Of a DNA stretch of 20,000 nucleotides, positions 10,404 through 20,000 are shown piece after piece (the first letter of the stretch is position 1; each line of letters opens with the position of its first letter). The notes under the pieces were generated by a model. That model was given only the letters and a program-made list of their open reading frames with translations. It did not search any database and was not told the DNA's origin. Both the position numbers and the translations under genes were made by a program. This DNA comes from Folioceros fuciformis (Eukaryota). The DNA is taken from NCBI GenBank assembly GCA_049999805.1, contig JBNGIO010006257.1, positions 128,100 through 148,099 of the forward strand, read 5' to 3'.

Positions 10404-10572
10404 GGAAGTCCCAGTTCAAACCCGCGGCCTGTGTTCCAACCATCCTCTGCAGTTTGAACCCTAAGCACCAGCATGACACCGCATCATCGTTTTATCTCAC
10501 CATGGTTTACATGGATTCTGTCTTATCATGCCGCATGTCCCTTTCCCGGGAGCCGCCAACGCTGAGGGCGGC

Positions 10573-12606
10573 ATGGTGAAGAAGAAGCGGGAGCGGCATC
10601 ATGCCGCTGTGGTAACGTCGCCCGGAGATTACGTTCATTTCAAGGCCATCGTCCCGCTGCGCCATATCTCGGTGGGCGCAGCTCGGCCGCGTTTCGTGGG
10701 CTGTTTTTTTTTTCAGCTCAATTTTGGTGCATGCATGAATTTTCAAGTAGCCTGGATCATGCAGATAGGGACTAAGCAGTGGCGGTATTACGATTTCGGG
10801 CCCAAGACTGTGCCCCCACTGGTTTGCCTTTCCGGCATAGCTGGCACAGCTGACGTGTTTTACAAGCAGATTTTGTCTCTGTCTTCCAAGGTGAGTTTTG
10901 TAGGAGGTGGTTTTGGGTGGAATCTGCTGTGGATTTGTGCAGGGAGCCCTGCCAAGATGGGAAAGTGCATTCTGACTGCGGATCTGTACTCAGGGTTATC
11001 GGCTGATCGCTGCAGATGCACCATCGGTTTGGAGCCACCAGGAGTGGGTTACTTCGTTCGAGAAGTTTCTGGACGTTCTTGGAGTGCATCATGTAAGGTT
11101 GGCGGGTTTTGCTGACTTGGGAATTGGGAAGGTTTGTGATGCTGGGATCATCTGTTGATGGGTGGTCCTGGTTGGGTTTCTGCAGGTGCATCTCTATGGT
11201 ACCTCGCTGGGTGGCCTTCTAGCTCAGCTGTTTACACAGTTTCGTCCTCGGCGTGTGAAGTCGCTGCTGCTGTCCAACACGTTTTTGGATACGCAGACTT
11301 ATCATGATGCCATGACATGGCACTCGCTGTGAGTAAATTGCCTGCTTGGAGCTGGTAGGCCCTTGGCTGCTTGTGTGAGCTAGAATCGCTCATGGTAAGG
11401 TTTTTTTTTGTCTATGCAGCATAAATTGGACTCCTGAATTTCTTCTCAAGAGGTATATTCTGACGGGGATTCAAGACGGAGTTCATGATCTTCTTATTGC
11501 GGATGCTATTGACTTCGTGGTCAGCCAGGTTGGTGGAGCATAATCTATGTTGTTTGTGTTCTGTGTCTGGTGCTTGTTAGTGAGGGATGGATGTTAGCGC
11601 CTTAATTTTCTTGTTGGGGAATGTTGTAGTGTGGTTAACGATGAGATGAGCTCCTTAGTGGCATGTGTGCAGTCTTGAGTTTCTAGGCTGACTTATCTTC
11701 GATCTTTGAGTTGTGCAGCTTGAGAATGTGACCCGGGAAAAGCTAGCTTCAAGTCTCACTCTGAATTCTCAACCTATTTCGGTCGGACAACTTTCACTGC
11801 CAGACTCAACCATCACCATAATGGATGTGAGTCAGTTGAGATTCGTCCCGTCCATGGATGCGGGCATGTTTAGAGAAAGGATTTAGAATAGGAGACAGAC
11901 GTGTTTCTTTCGTATGTTCGGAACATGATGATGTTTGAATCTCCAGCTGGTGTTTGTGGTTCTGCAGACAAATGATTACTGTGCTATACCTCAGCTGTTG
12001 AAAGACCAAGTCCTTGCCCGATATCCTGGAGCCAGACGTGCGCATCTTAAGACGGGTGGAGATTTTCCTTTTCTGTCAAGACCCGATGAAGTTAATCTCC
12101 ATGTCAAGGTCTGTACGTTTGGCTGGAGCGATGACGATAATGGGGCCTTGGTTGATGGGACGGCATTTTGGTGACGTGGTTATTGGGTCTTTTAACAGCT
12201 CCACTTGAAGCGTGTTGGAGTTGAAGGCACTGAGTTAATGGAGGCTGAGGAAGCACTCTCAAGAGATGATCAAAATGGCGTTTCAGGAGTCGGTGAAGAT
12301 TTCCATATGCAGCATGAGGATCAGGCTTCAAGGAGGAATGGGGGCCTGACATCAAAAGAACCACATGGTCCTTACGCTGGTAACGGAGGAATTTCTCTTG
12401 CTCAAGACGTCTCATCATCAGAAGGTGAAATTCAACACGGTAAGCAGCCATCTCATCTTCTGGTTAGTGGCTATCCGCACAAGCATTCCAAATCGTTTCA
12501 GTGAAGCCTTGGTGGCTGCTCTCTTCCAGAAACCGACAGACGAAGTCGCTCCCACCCAAGTTTTCTGGACGAGTACAATGGTTTTGGAGACTTCAGTACT
12601 GTGTAG
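10573..12606 (+). CDS. SPG21: Maspardin (SPG21/ACP33)-like alpha/beta-hydrolase fold protein
   Basis: Exons 10573-10671, 10765-10890, 10994-11092, 11186-11328, 11420-11528, 11719-11826, 11968-12108, 12199-12439 and 12530-12606. The last intron is tentative; without it the stop is at 12504. Motifs: PGDYVHFK, QWRYYDFGPKTVPPLVCLSGIAGTADVFYKQ, VHLYGTSLGG (nucleophile elbow), WTPEFLLKRYIL, HLKTGGDFPFLSRPDEVNLH. Confidence 0.92.
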
Positions 12607-13253
12607 TCGCCGTTGCCCTAGTAGGTGTGTTGTAACGTTTCTCTTAAATTTGTACAACTTCGCAGTTCGTATGGGAGGGTGCCAATGTGGTGTGGAGACC
12701 GCCATCACCTCCTGGCCATCTAGTATGCTGGGTGGCGTCAGGTAGAGCCTTGGATATCAAACTCCCATCCTGTATCTTGAGCTCTGAGTTGGGTGAGTTG
12801 GGCCGTGGGGAGTGGTCCCTTTTTCGCTTGATGCGCAACTCAATGTATATATCCAAGTTTTTCCACTGCTGTGGTTGAAGCTAGCTCAACTCAGTCGGGA
12901 GATGGAAGCGAGCTTCAGCAGATGGACCATGTAAAATAAAGAAGAGTCTTTTTTGGTATCGGATATTCTAGGCACAGAAAGCAAGCAACCTTGGTTTTTG
13001 TGTGAGGTGATCGAGCGGCATGGCCATCATACGATCTAGAATATCACTTACGGTACTGTATGTGAATGTGCATCTGGACGATTTCCTGGATGGCACATGG
13101 CAGTAGAAGGACTAGTGGAGCTGCCTGACTTCCGGCCGAGCTTCTAACCCGAGTTGGGTGAGCAGCAGATGTATCTGGTTCTGTATCTGGCCCTGTGGAA
13201 CTTTATTCCATCCTGTGCAGGTAACAGGTGCAAAGTCCATCGGTTCGGACGCC

Positions 13254-14541
13254 ATGGTGGCCGTGGAGAGAGTGGCAGATGTGTCCACCATCGAAGAGAG
13301 GCTGAAGAAGTTGAACTTGGACCCGAGCTTCGTGGTGGAACCGGAGCATCGCCCTCGGCCAGAAGTGCGACGCAATTCGGAGAACTTGGAGAAGGACAAC
13401 ATACCGGTAATCGATCTGAGTCCTCTGTGGGGCGGGTTGCAGAAATTGATCGGAGACGCTGCAGGATTTGCCGCAGCTGCAGCAAAGGAGCCAGCGCTGG
13501 AAGAGCTAGTTGCGGAAGTGGGCCGGGCCTGCGAGGAGTGGGGCTTCTTTCAGGCGGTGAACCACGGTGTGCCGCTTTCCCTGCTGGACGAGCTGCAGGA
13601 GGTGAGCCGCCAGTTCTTCAGCCTCCCCCTGGCAGAGAAGCGGCAGGTACGGCGCACCCTGGAACGGCCCCTGGGCTACTACGACTCAGAGCTCACCAAG
13701 AACAAGCGCGACTGGAAGGAGGTGTTCGACTACTCGTGCAGCGGGAGCGTGGAGATTCCTGCCGGGCTAGAGGGGGACGAGGAGGTGTCGCAGCAGATGA
13801 TCGTGGTGGAAAACCAGTGGCCGGCCAATCCCCCCGGCCTGAGAGAGGCTTGCGAGAAATGGAGCAGGGCTGTGGAAAGGCTGGCTTCCGACCTGGTGGG
13901 TGTCATCTCTCTGAGCCTGGGCCTCCCCTTCTCGCAATTCCATCAACACTTCGACCAGGGCACTAGCGCCATCCGGTTGAACTACTACCCCAAGTGCCCA
14001 GTCCCGGACCTGGCTCTGGGTGTCAGCAGGCACAAGGATTCCGGCGCTCTCACTGTGCTGGTGCAGGACGAGGTGGGCGGGCTCCAGGTCCGGCGCAGCG
14101 ACGGGGAGTGGATCTCCGTTCAGCCCCGCCGAGATGCCTTTGTCATCAACGTCGGTGACTTGTTTCAGGTAAGTCTCACGTGCGATCGAAGGCTGGAAGG
14201 AAGGAAGGCTGTGGCTGTGGCTGTGGTTGTGGCTTGTGCACTAGGAAAGGATTTTTCGTCATGCTTGGGATGTCACGTTGCAGGTGTGGAGCAATGATCG
14301 TTATCGTTCTGTGGAGCACCGGGTTGTGGTGAATGAGAATCGCGAAAGGTTTTCCTTCCCACTCTTCTTCAACCCGTCCGTCCGAACGGAGGTATCTCCA
14401 GCGCCGCAACTGCTCGACGCCAACCACCCTCCTAATTACCGCACTTTCAACTGGGGTTTTTTTCTCGTGTCTAGAAACAACGGGAATTACGAGCAGCTGG
14501 GGGAAGATATACAAATCCACCACTTTGCCGCACAAGCGTGA
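13254..14541 (+). CDS. 2-oxoglutarate/Fe(II)-dependent dioxygenase (plant DOXC class; At3g19000/'DMR6-like oxygenase'-annotated type), ~390 aa
   Basis: Exons 13254-14168 and 14284-14541 (intron GTAAGT...TTGCAG). DIOX_N motifs IPVIDL and ACEEWGFFQAVNHGV; YYDSELTKNKRDWKEVFD; catalytic RLNYYPKCP, HKD...H (SVEHRV) and RFS. The ATG is in a GCCATGG context. Confidence 0.95.
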
Positions 14542-14780
14542 GTGATTTTCATTTCTTACTCGCGGCGCGCCACTTTCCTTACCATATACAGATAGAGTGG
14601 TTTGTATCTACAAGGTGTATAGTCATCTCACATTTTACACTTCACATAACAAACGCCATGATGATAGCTTTTGCTCACAAAATCTCGTCTCCCTCTCGGA
14701 ATAGAAGAGCAGCCCACCCGGGAAGGATCCGATCCTCCCTTAGAGTAGGAAAATGTCATGAACTGAAAATTTGCCCTCAT

Positions 14781-14804
14781 GGGCACGGGCACGGGCACGG
14801 GCAC
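14781..14804. repeat. (GGGCAC)4 microsatellite between convergent 3' ends
   Basis: gggcacgggcacgggcacgggcac. Confidence 0.9.
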
Positions 14805-14842
14805 GTGCTACACTACACTAAACGAGAATGTGATGCACTATA

Positions 14843-17800
14843 CTACAGTCGAAGAATAGTTCGAAGGGTATCAGATAGATTCTCTATAATCTGTTGCTCC
14901 TGAACTGCTTGTGCGCCCTTCAGAGGCATTTCTTCATAACACCTGTAGGTTCACGTTGAGAAAAGGCCCAAAACACTTCCCTTGAAAACAACAAGCAGTT
15001 CTGAAGACACATCTGGCAAAACTCACATATTGTGATAAGCTAAAGCTCGGGCGAGGTTGGGCAACGTTGTGCTAGTCGCAAGACGTTGGTATACACCTGG
15101 AGGCAGTGGTGCCTGCGCATAACGAGATAACTATTGATGCCATTGTGAACTTCAGCGGACGACACCGTAACGTCCATACAGGACAATTTGGCGGTTACCA
15201 GGACAAGCATACCTCAGTGTTGGTAACCTTCCGACCCTTCCGAAGTTGAGCATCAGCAAAGCTTACGCCATTACACAGCTCCTGGACAGCTTCCAACGCT
15301 ATACCTCCACTTTGATCGGTTCGGCCATCACCAGAACTATTTGACAGCAGCGCTATTGGAGATATGTCTGTTGCTTTGAGAAATGGAATAGGAACAATAT
15401 TGCCCGCTGCATACACAGAACTCAACTGCATGCAAATAGACTGATAATCAGCAAAAACCCAATTCGGCAAAAAAACCAGTAGTACGAGAGAAGAAAGATT
15501 TTCAAACGCCAGGGCACCTTATCCTGTAAAGAGAATCCTTGTCGAACCAGGGCTGAACTACCCTGTGGGGTGCTCACTGTAGTGCCAGTCCCCAACGTAC
15601 TTCCTTTTTCCCCAAGCCTGAAAGTATCAAGAAGTGGGGAAGGTATGTCGGAACCAGAAGTGGAGGATGCAGACACTTGAGCCAATTCTACTTGCAGGCT
15701 TCTGCCTGGCTTGGCTGGTGTGACACTCTGACCTACGAAACTTTCACCCCTGCAGAGGAAAAAAGAAAAAAGCATCACCAAGTTAGCAAAAAACTGCAGG
15801 GATGCAGCTTCACAGCGAGATACCATCCACTCTACCTCATCCAACGTTTCATACCTCTCCTCCAGGTTGTTTTGGATGACCACCGTTCCTGATAATACAG
15901 TTGCATCCACTCGCTGCAGAGTCCCCGTCTTATGCACAACGGTTGTTCCAAAATCAACATCTGGAAAGAGAACGTCATTTCGTTGCATCAACAACCTATC
16001 TTCATATTTGACGCCCTTGGACAAATAGCACAAGGGAAGTCCAGAAAATCTTCTGGCCAGCGCTTACCATCACCTTCTTCCGACTCCGTTTGACGAGCTG
16101 TGACATCTGGGTCCTCTGGTGTGGATGACTTCAGAAGCGTATCTGCACCTGCCCTCACAAGAACGGTGCCCCCAAAGGTTTCGTTCATTTTCACTGTCTG
16201 GCCTTTCTCCCATGACCATTGCTGCAGTGCACAGACAGCTACCAGGGTTAGAGAGGGACCAACACCCAGAATGGAGCGCAATGAAAGAATCTTTGGGATA
16301 ACTAGTCAACAAAGATGAATTGAAACGCCTCAGTCACAAGGTACTCAAAGAACAGCAGCTCACCCCACCACCTGATGACACAGTCCCTTGCTTTTTCTCC
16401 AAAGCAGCTTCGCGGGCAATCATCTCAATCCTAATGATCCGTGCCTTATCAATTCGTGGAAGCATTGCCGCAGCATTAACCTTGCATTTTTCGATGAATT
16501 TGTGCTACAAAGCATATTTCACGAGTCAGTAAGACAGTGCCCCACAGCAAACCGCCACTTCTCCAATTTGAACATCTGAACAGATCCACTACCTCGAGCA
16601 TTTCAGTGGCTGTTGGTCGCAGCCGAGGCTCCTTTGAAAGACACTTAGCCACAAAATCATGAAAGACTAGGGACCTAAAACACGCAAGCAATCTCAGTTA
16701 AATATGAAAAGCTGCAGAGCAACTGGCAGATGGAAAACCAGAGATAACAGCATACCACTTTTCCTTATCCTCCAGCATCGGGGCAGGTTCGCTTGAAATC
16801 ATAAACAGTACCTGAGGTAGCACAGGTAGAACCTCACTCTCTGAGAGTTTGTTCTTTTAGAAACAGAGCTCCAAATAAGTTCACGAGCAATCATCACCAA
16901 CTTACTCACTCTCATTGGATGAACATTTGACCGAGGAGGAAGCCCCTGAACAAAAAAGACACCTGGGCATGTTATGAAGGACACATTGTGACATGATGAA
17001 CCCCATGAAAACTGTTTTTCGCAAACAGCGAGAAGATACGATTTACTCACCTCGGCCATCTCAATCGCTGAAACACCGAGTGCCCACACATCAACCTAAG
17101 ACATGATTTCACAGAGGAAACAACTATTACCCAACGTTGCCCAGCTCTATACTTATTACTACTAGCACAACTAGCAGAATCAGACATACCTTTCCGTCAT
17201 ACCGGCTCTCTTGAATAACCTCAGGTGCCATCCAATGGGGAGTGCCAATAAACTACAGGATCCAAAGACAAGTGTAAGCTCTGGAACTGGGGAGTTCCCT
17301 GTACTACTACATCAGAATAAGCGTAATCAGTGCAGTTAAGGCACAACGCAAGCAAAATGGTGCCAACAGACCCCAGCAGAGCAGAAGAGGAAACAAGGGG
17401 TGTTGTGGTACAGACCGTGTTGCGCTTCGACATCGTTCTTGTCAACTGTGCAGCTACACCGAAGTCCCCTGGCAACCAGAACACCGTGATCAATCATCCC
17501 ATCAAGACGCCGTCCATAGCAGATGAACCATCAAATTTAGCAAATCCAACAAGTTAAGTTTTTGCTATGAAGAGGCTTGAATACACATCCGAAAACACGA
17601 CAAACATGCTTGAAGGTGAACGTACCAAGCTTCACCTCCCCTTGTTCTGTGAGCAAGATATTTCCCCCTTTAATGTCTCTGTGAACCTTGAAAATGGAAT
17701 GCAGATAGGCTAGACCCTGACAGAACCCGAAATGCTCAGGTCAGACGGGTCCTGAGCAGCTGCAACGTGTGGTAAATCCATCCAACGTTGGGCAAATCCG

Positions 17801-18402
17801 GGTGCTGTCACCTTGAGGGCCTCCCGACAAATGTAGGCAATCTGCTGCTCTTCCAAGGCTTCATCCGTTATACTCATGAGATCTGCGACACTCCCCCCTC
17901 CACAGTACTCCATGACTATCTGCACGACTATGCTATCAGTCGTAAATTAGAAATGCGGTCACCACCACACGATAACCAAAACAGGCTTGCTTCCAGCTGA
18001 CCATACCCAAAGATAATCCTCCCCCTGGTAGCTTCCAAGGTACCGGACCACATTCGGATGGTTGCATTGTTGCAACATCTCAATTTCGCCTCGAATCTCC
18101 TCATACCCCTCTTCCTGCACATCCACGCACCTCAGCTCACGCCTACTCCTTACACCCCGTTCTCCAAATGCAGAATGACGGTCCCAGAACTACAACGACC
18201 AACTCACCCCCTCACTCAAGGATATGACTTTGATCGCCACGAGCTCAGATGTCCTCAAATCCCTGGCCTTGTAAACAGCTCCATACGAACCCTTCCCAAG
18301 CTCGTTGAGAAGCTCGTACTTCAACGACGGATCCTCCTTAATCACATTGTCGTTAGCGCCCCCGCTCCGCCTCCTAATGTCCTTAGAATGGTCGTTCTCC
18401 AT
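14843..18402 (-). CDS. SIK1: STE20/MAP4K-family Ser/Thr kinase, SIK1 (Hippo-like) homologue, ~622 aa
   Basis: Seventeen exons: 18402-18208, 18114-18007, 17919-17812, 17716-17626, 17468-17416, 17252-17190, 17095-17051, 16945-16910, 16811-16756, 16674-16593, 16504-16364, 16221-16068, 15960-15855, 15749-15518, 15425-15213, 15112-15027, 14942-14843 (sum 1869 nt, open frame). Kinase motifs [37 protein letters not shown]1-type C-terminus [24 protein letters not shown]...LAYHNMCYEEMPL...DTLRTILRL*. Confidence 0.95.
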
Positions 18403-18496
18403 CTCATGTAGCTACATGTTCCTCCACACCGGGCCTTGGCATCAGTCTTCCTTCCACCCGCTCCGTCTCATCTTCCCACAATCGGGACACTAACCC

Positions 18497-18525
18497 TGCC
18501 ATGCCATGCCATACCATGCCATACC
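18497..18525. repeat. Pentamer microsatellite (TRCCA)n upstream of the kinase ATG
   Basis: tgccatgccatgccataccatgccatacc. Confidence 0.85.
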
Positions 18526-19237
18526 TCACCCCTGATTTAGGGCTCAGAGCTAGCTCCAAAAATGTGTTTCTTACACGTGATGTGTCTCCATCTCATGTAA
18601 TCCTTCCCCTCCACCGGCCAGAGCCTCCGAATCTCATGTCCGAGCTTTTGCCCTCACCAAACAGCCGTACCGCAAGCAGTTGCTTTCCACGTGTAACCCC
18701 AGCTCTGATCAGTTGTCACCGCAGGTGTGACAGCTCGGGTACAGCATCGCCCACCATGCAGATCCAAACGCCACGGTATGCGCCGGGATTGTGCTGTGGA
18801 GGACAGAGACGCAGAATATTCTGGCAGACGGCGCCCTGCTCGCCTTCCCGTTGCGACGGGATTCAAACCGGGAACGGGGTTGGAAATGGAGGGAAAGCCC
18901 GATTTAGGCCGGACGGGGGTGAGCCTAGGGAGTAGAGCCTTCCACAAATCCCCAGTCCCGGCTCCCGCCCTCTGCCAACGATCATGGCGGAACAGCCATT
19001 GCACGAGTTCATGCATCCGGGATTTTTGCAGCCCAGGAGTCGTTGCCGCGTTTGAATGCGGGCTCCCGTTGGCATTCAAACGGGCCAAGAGCCGCCTGTT
19101 ACGGTGCGGCGCATTAAATGCGCACAGCCTCACGTTCTCGCCACTTCCTCTCCAAAGTGTCGTGTCTCACCAGGCTTTCACGTCTCACGTCTCCCCGCGG
19201 ACGTATTCGGCCAAGAGCCGAGGTCACTGCCATGTGC

Positions 19238-19280
19238 CCGGTGCCGGGGCCGGTCCCGGTCCCGGTCCGGGTCCTGGTCC
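19238..19280. repeat. Degenerate GC-rich hexamer repeat (CCGGTC-like) at the GC-to-AT transition
   Basis: ccggtgccggggccggtcccggtcccggtccgggtcctggtcc. Confidence 0.75.
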
Positions 19281-19306
19281 TATTGTCCTACTCTTCTCCG
19301 GCGTCA

Positions 19307-20000
19307 ATGTAATATTATTTTATAACTGATATTTCTAAATCCTTTTATTCATGATTGGCACGGTACTAGTAGGTTTCACGTACATCCTGGATATGTGAGG
19401 GAGGGATCTTTTACTCGACCTGGGTCCTGGTGCACGAGAACAAATTTAGTTGGTATGAACATTAAATTTATTTTATTTTATTTTTTTCTCTCATAGCCAA
19501 AGATCTCATAGGTTTTCAAGTACCATTTCTCTTCCTGTGAAAAATCAAGTTACCAACACACATGTATCTTGGAGACCATATATTTATTTTTATAAATAAT
19601 ATCATGAAATGAATTTTAATTCATCGATTATTATTCTAATTTTGTCTCTCATTCGTCACTTAGTGCATGCCTAAATTCCGTTCTCTGGGAATCAAATAAT
19701 ATCATATTTATAATATATTCCTTTTCATTTACAAGCTAGATATGTTGGTGAGTAATCGAGTTTTATCATAAAATAATTCATATTTTCATTTAATTTATAC
19801 CATAAGCATAAAATCTTGCTGTACTCAAAAAACCATGCGAATATCCATCTCTATGAAATAAAAGATTAAAAAATATTTTAAAATATGAAAATTCCCTCGA
19901 AAAGAAAAGAGTGTAGATAATATTGAAAGTCATCATGGATTCCAATTTTGAAATATAGGTTTTGGAAGTCAAAAGAACATCATATTGGGGAGATTAATGT
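19307..20000. other. AT-rich non-coding segment (intergenic, or part of a non-autonomous element)
   Basis: Abrupt compositional switch after ~19305 to long A/T runs. No credible ORF. Confidence 0.55.

Larger units (their letters stand above)
9944..10572. promoter_or_regulatory. Putative bidirectional promoter and 5' leaders shared by EIN2 and the maspardin-like gene
   Basis: The start codons at 9943 (-) and 10573 (+) are head-to-head and only 629 bp apart. The region is GC/CpG-rich. Confidence 0.6.

Noticed and set aside
13154-13966. 270-aa ORF overlapping the dioxygenase in another frame
   Set aside because: An alternative frame of a GC-rich exon with Gly/Arg-biased composition and no independent support.
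13254-14541. ACC oxidase forming an ethylene gene cluster with EIN2
   Set aside because: It has HKDSGAL and TKNKRDWKEVFD rather than the ACO-type HTDAGG signature, and canonical ACO is considered seed-plant specific.
18501-19329. ORFs of 144-200 aa on both strands upstream of the kinase
   Set aside because: GC-rich promoter/leader sequence with overlapping ORFs in many frames, no motifs, and no in-frame splice to the kinase that I could build.
19355-19370. Helitron 3' end at ...GTACTAGT
   Set aside because: No GC-rich hairpin precedes the CTAG on either strand.

Overview
Gene-dense eukaryotic DNA from a land plant. The short GT-AG introns (mostly ~80-190 nt) and compact intergenic spacing suggest a small-genome seedless plant such as a hornwort, though that is inference only. 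Positions ~270-2760 look like decayed transposon sequence: a frameshifted DDE transposase relic, a 10-N assembly gap, an AT-hook/Cys-rich ORF on the minus strand and a stop-riddled divergent ORF on the plus strand. Five spliced protein-coding genes follow: a Pro-rich single-pass membrane protein (-), EIN2 (-, 7 exons), a maspardin/SPG21-like alpha/beta hydrolase (+, head-to-head with EIN2), a plant 2-oxoglutarate/Fe(II) dioxygenase (+) and a SIK1-like STE20/MAP4K kinase (-, 17 exons). The last ~670 bp are AT-rich and non-coding. The most notable observation is that this EIN2 keeps the canonical NRAMP metal-binding residues (DPGN in TM1, MPH in TM6) that are substituted in Arabidopsis EIN2, and it appears to lack the S924-type CTR1 site. 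All exon models were derived by hand from splice signals, reading frame and remembered family motifs; no database search was run.
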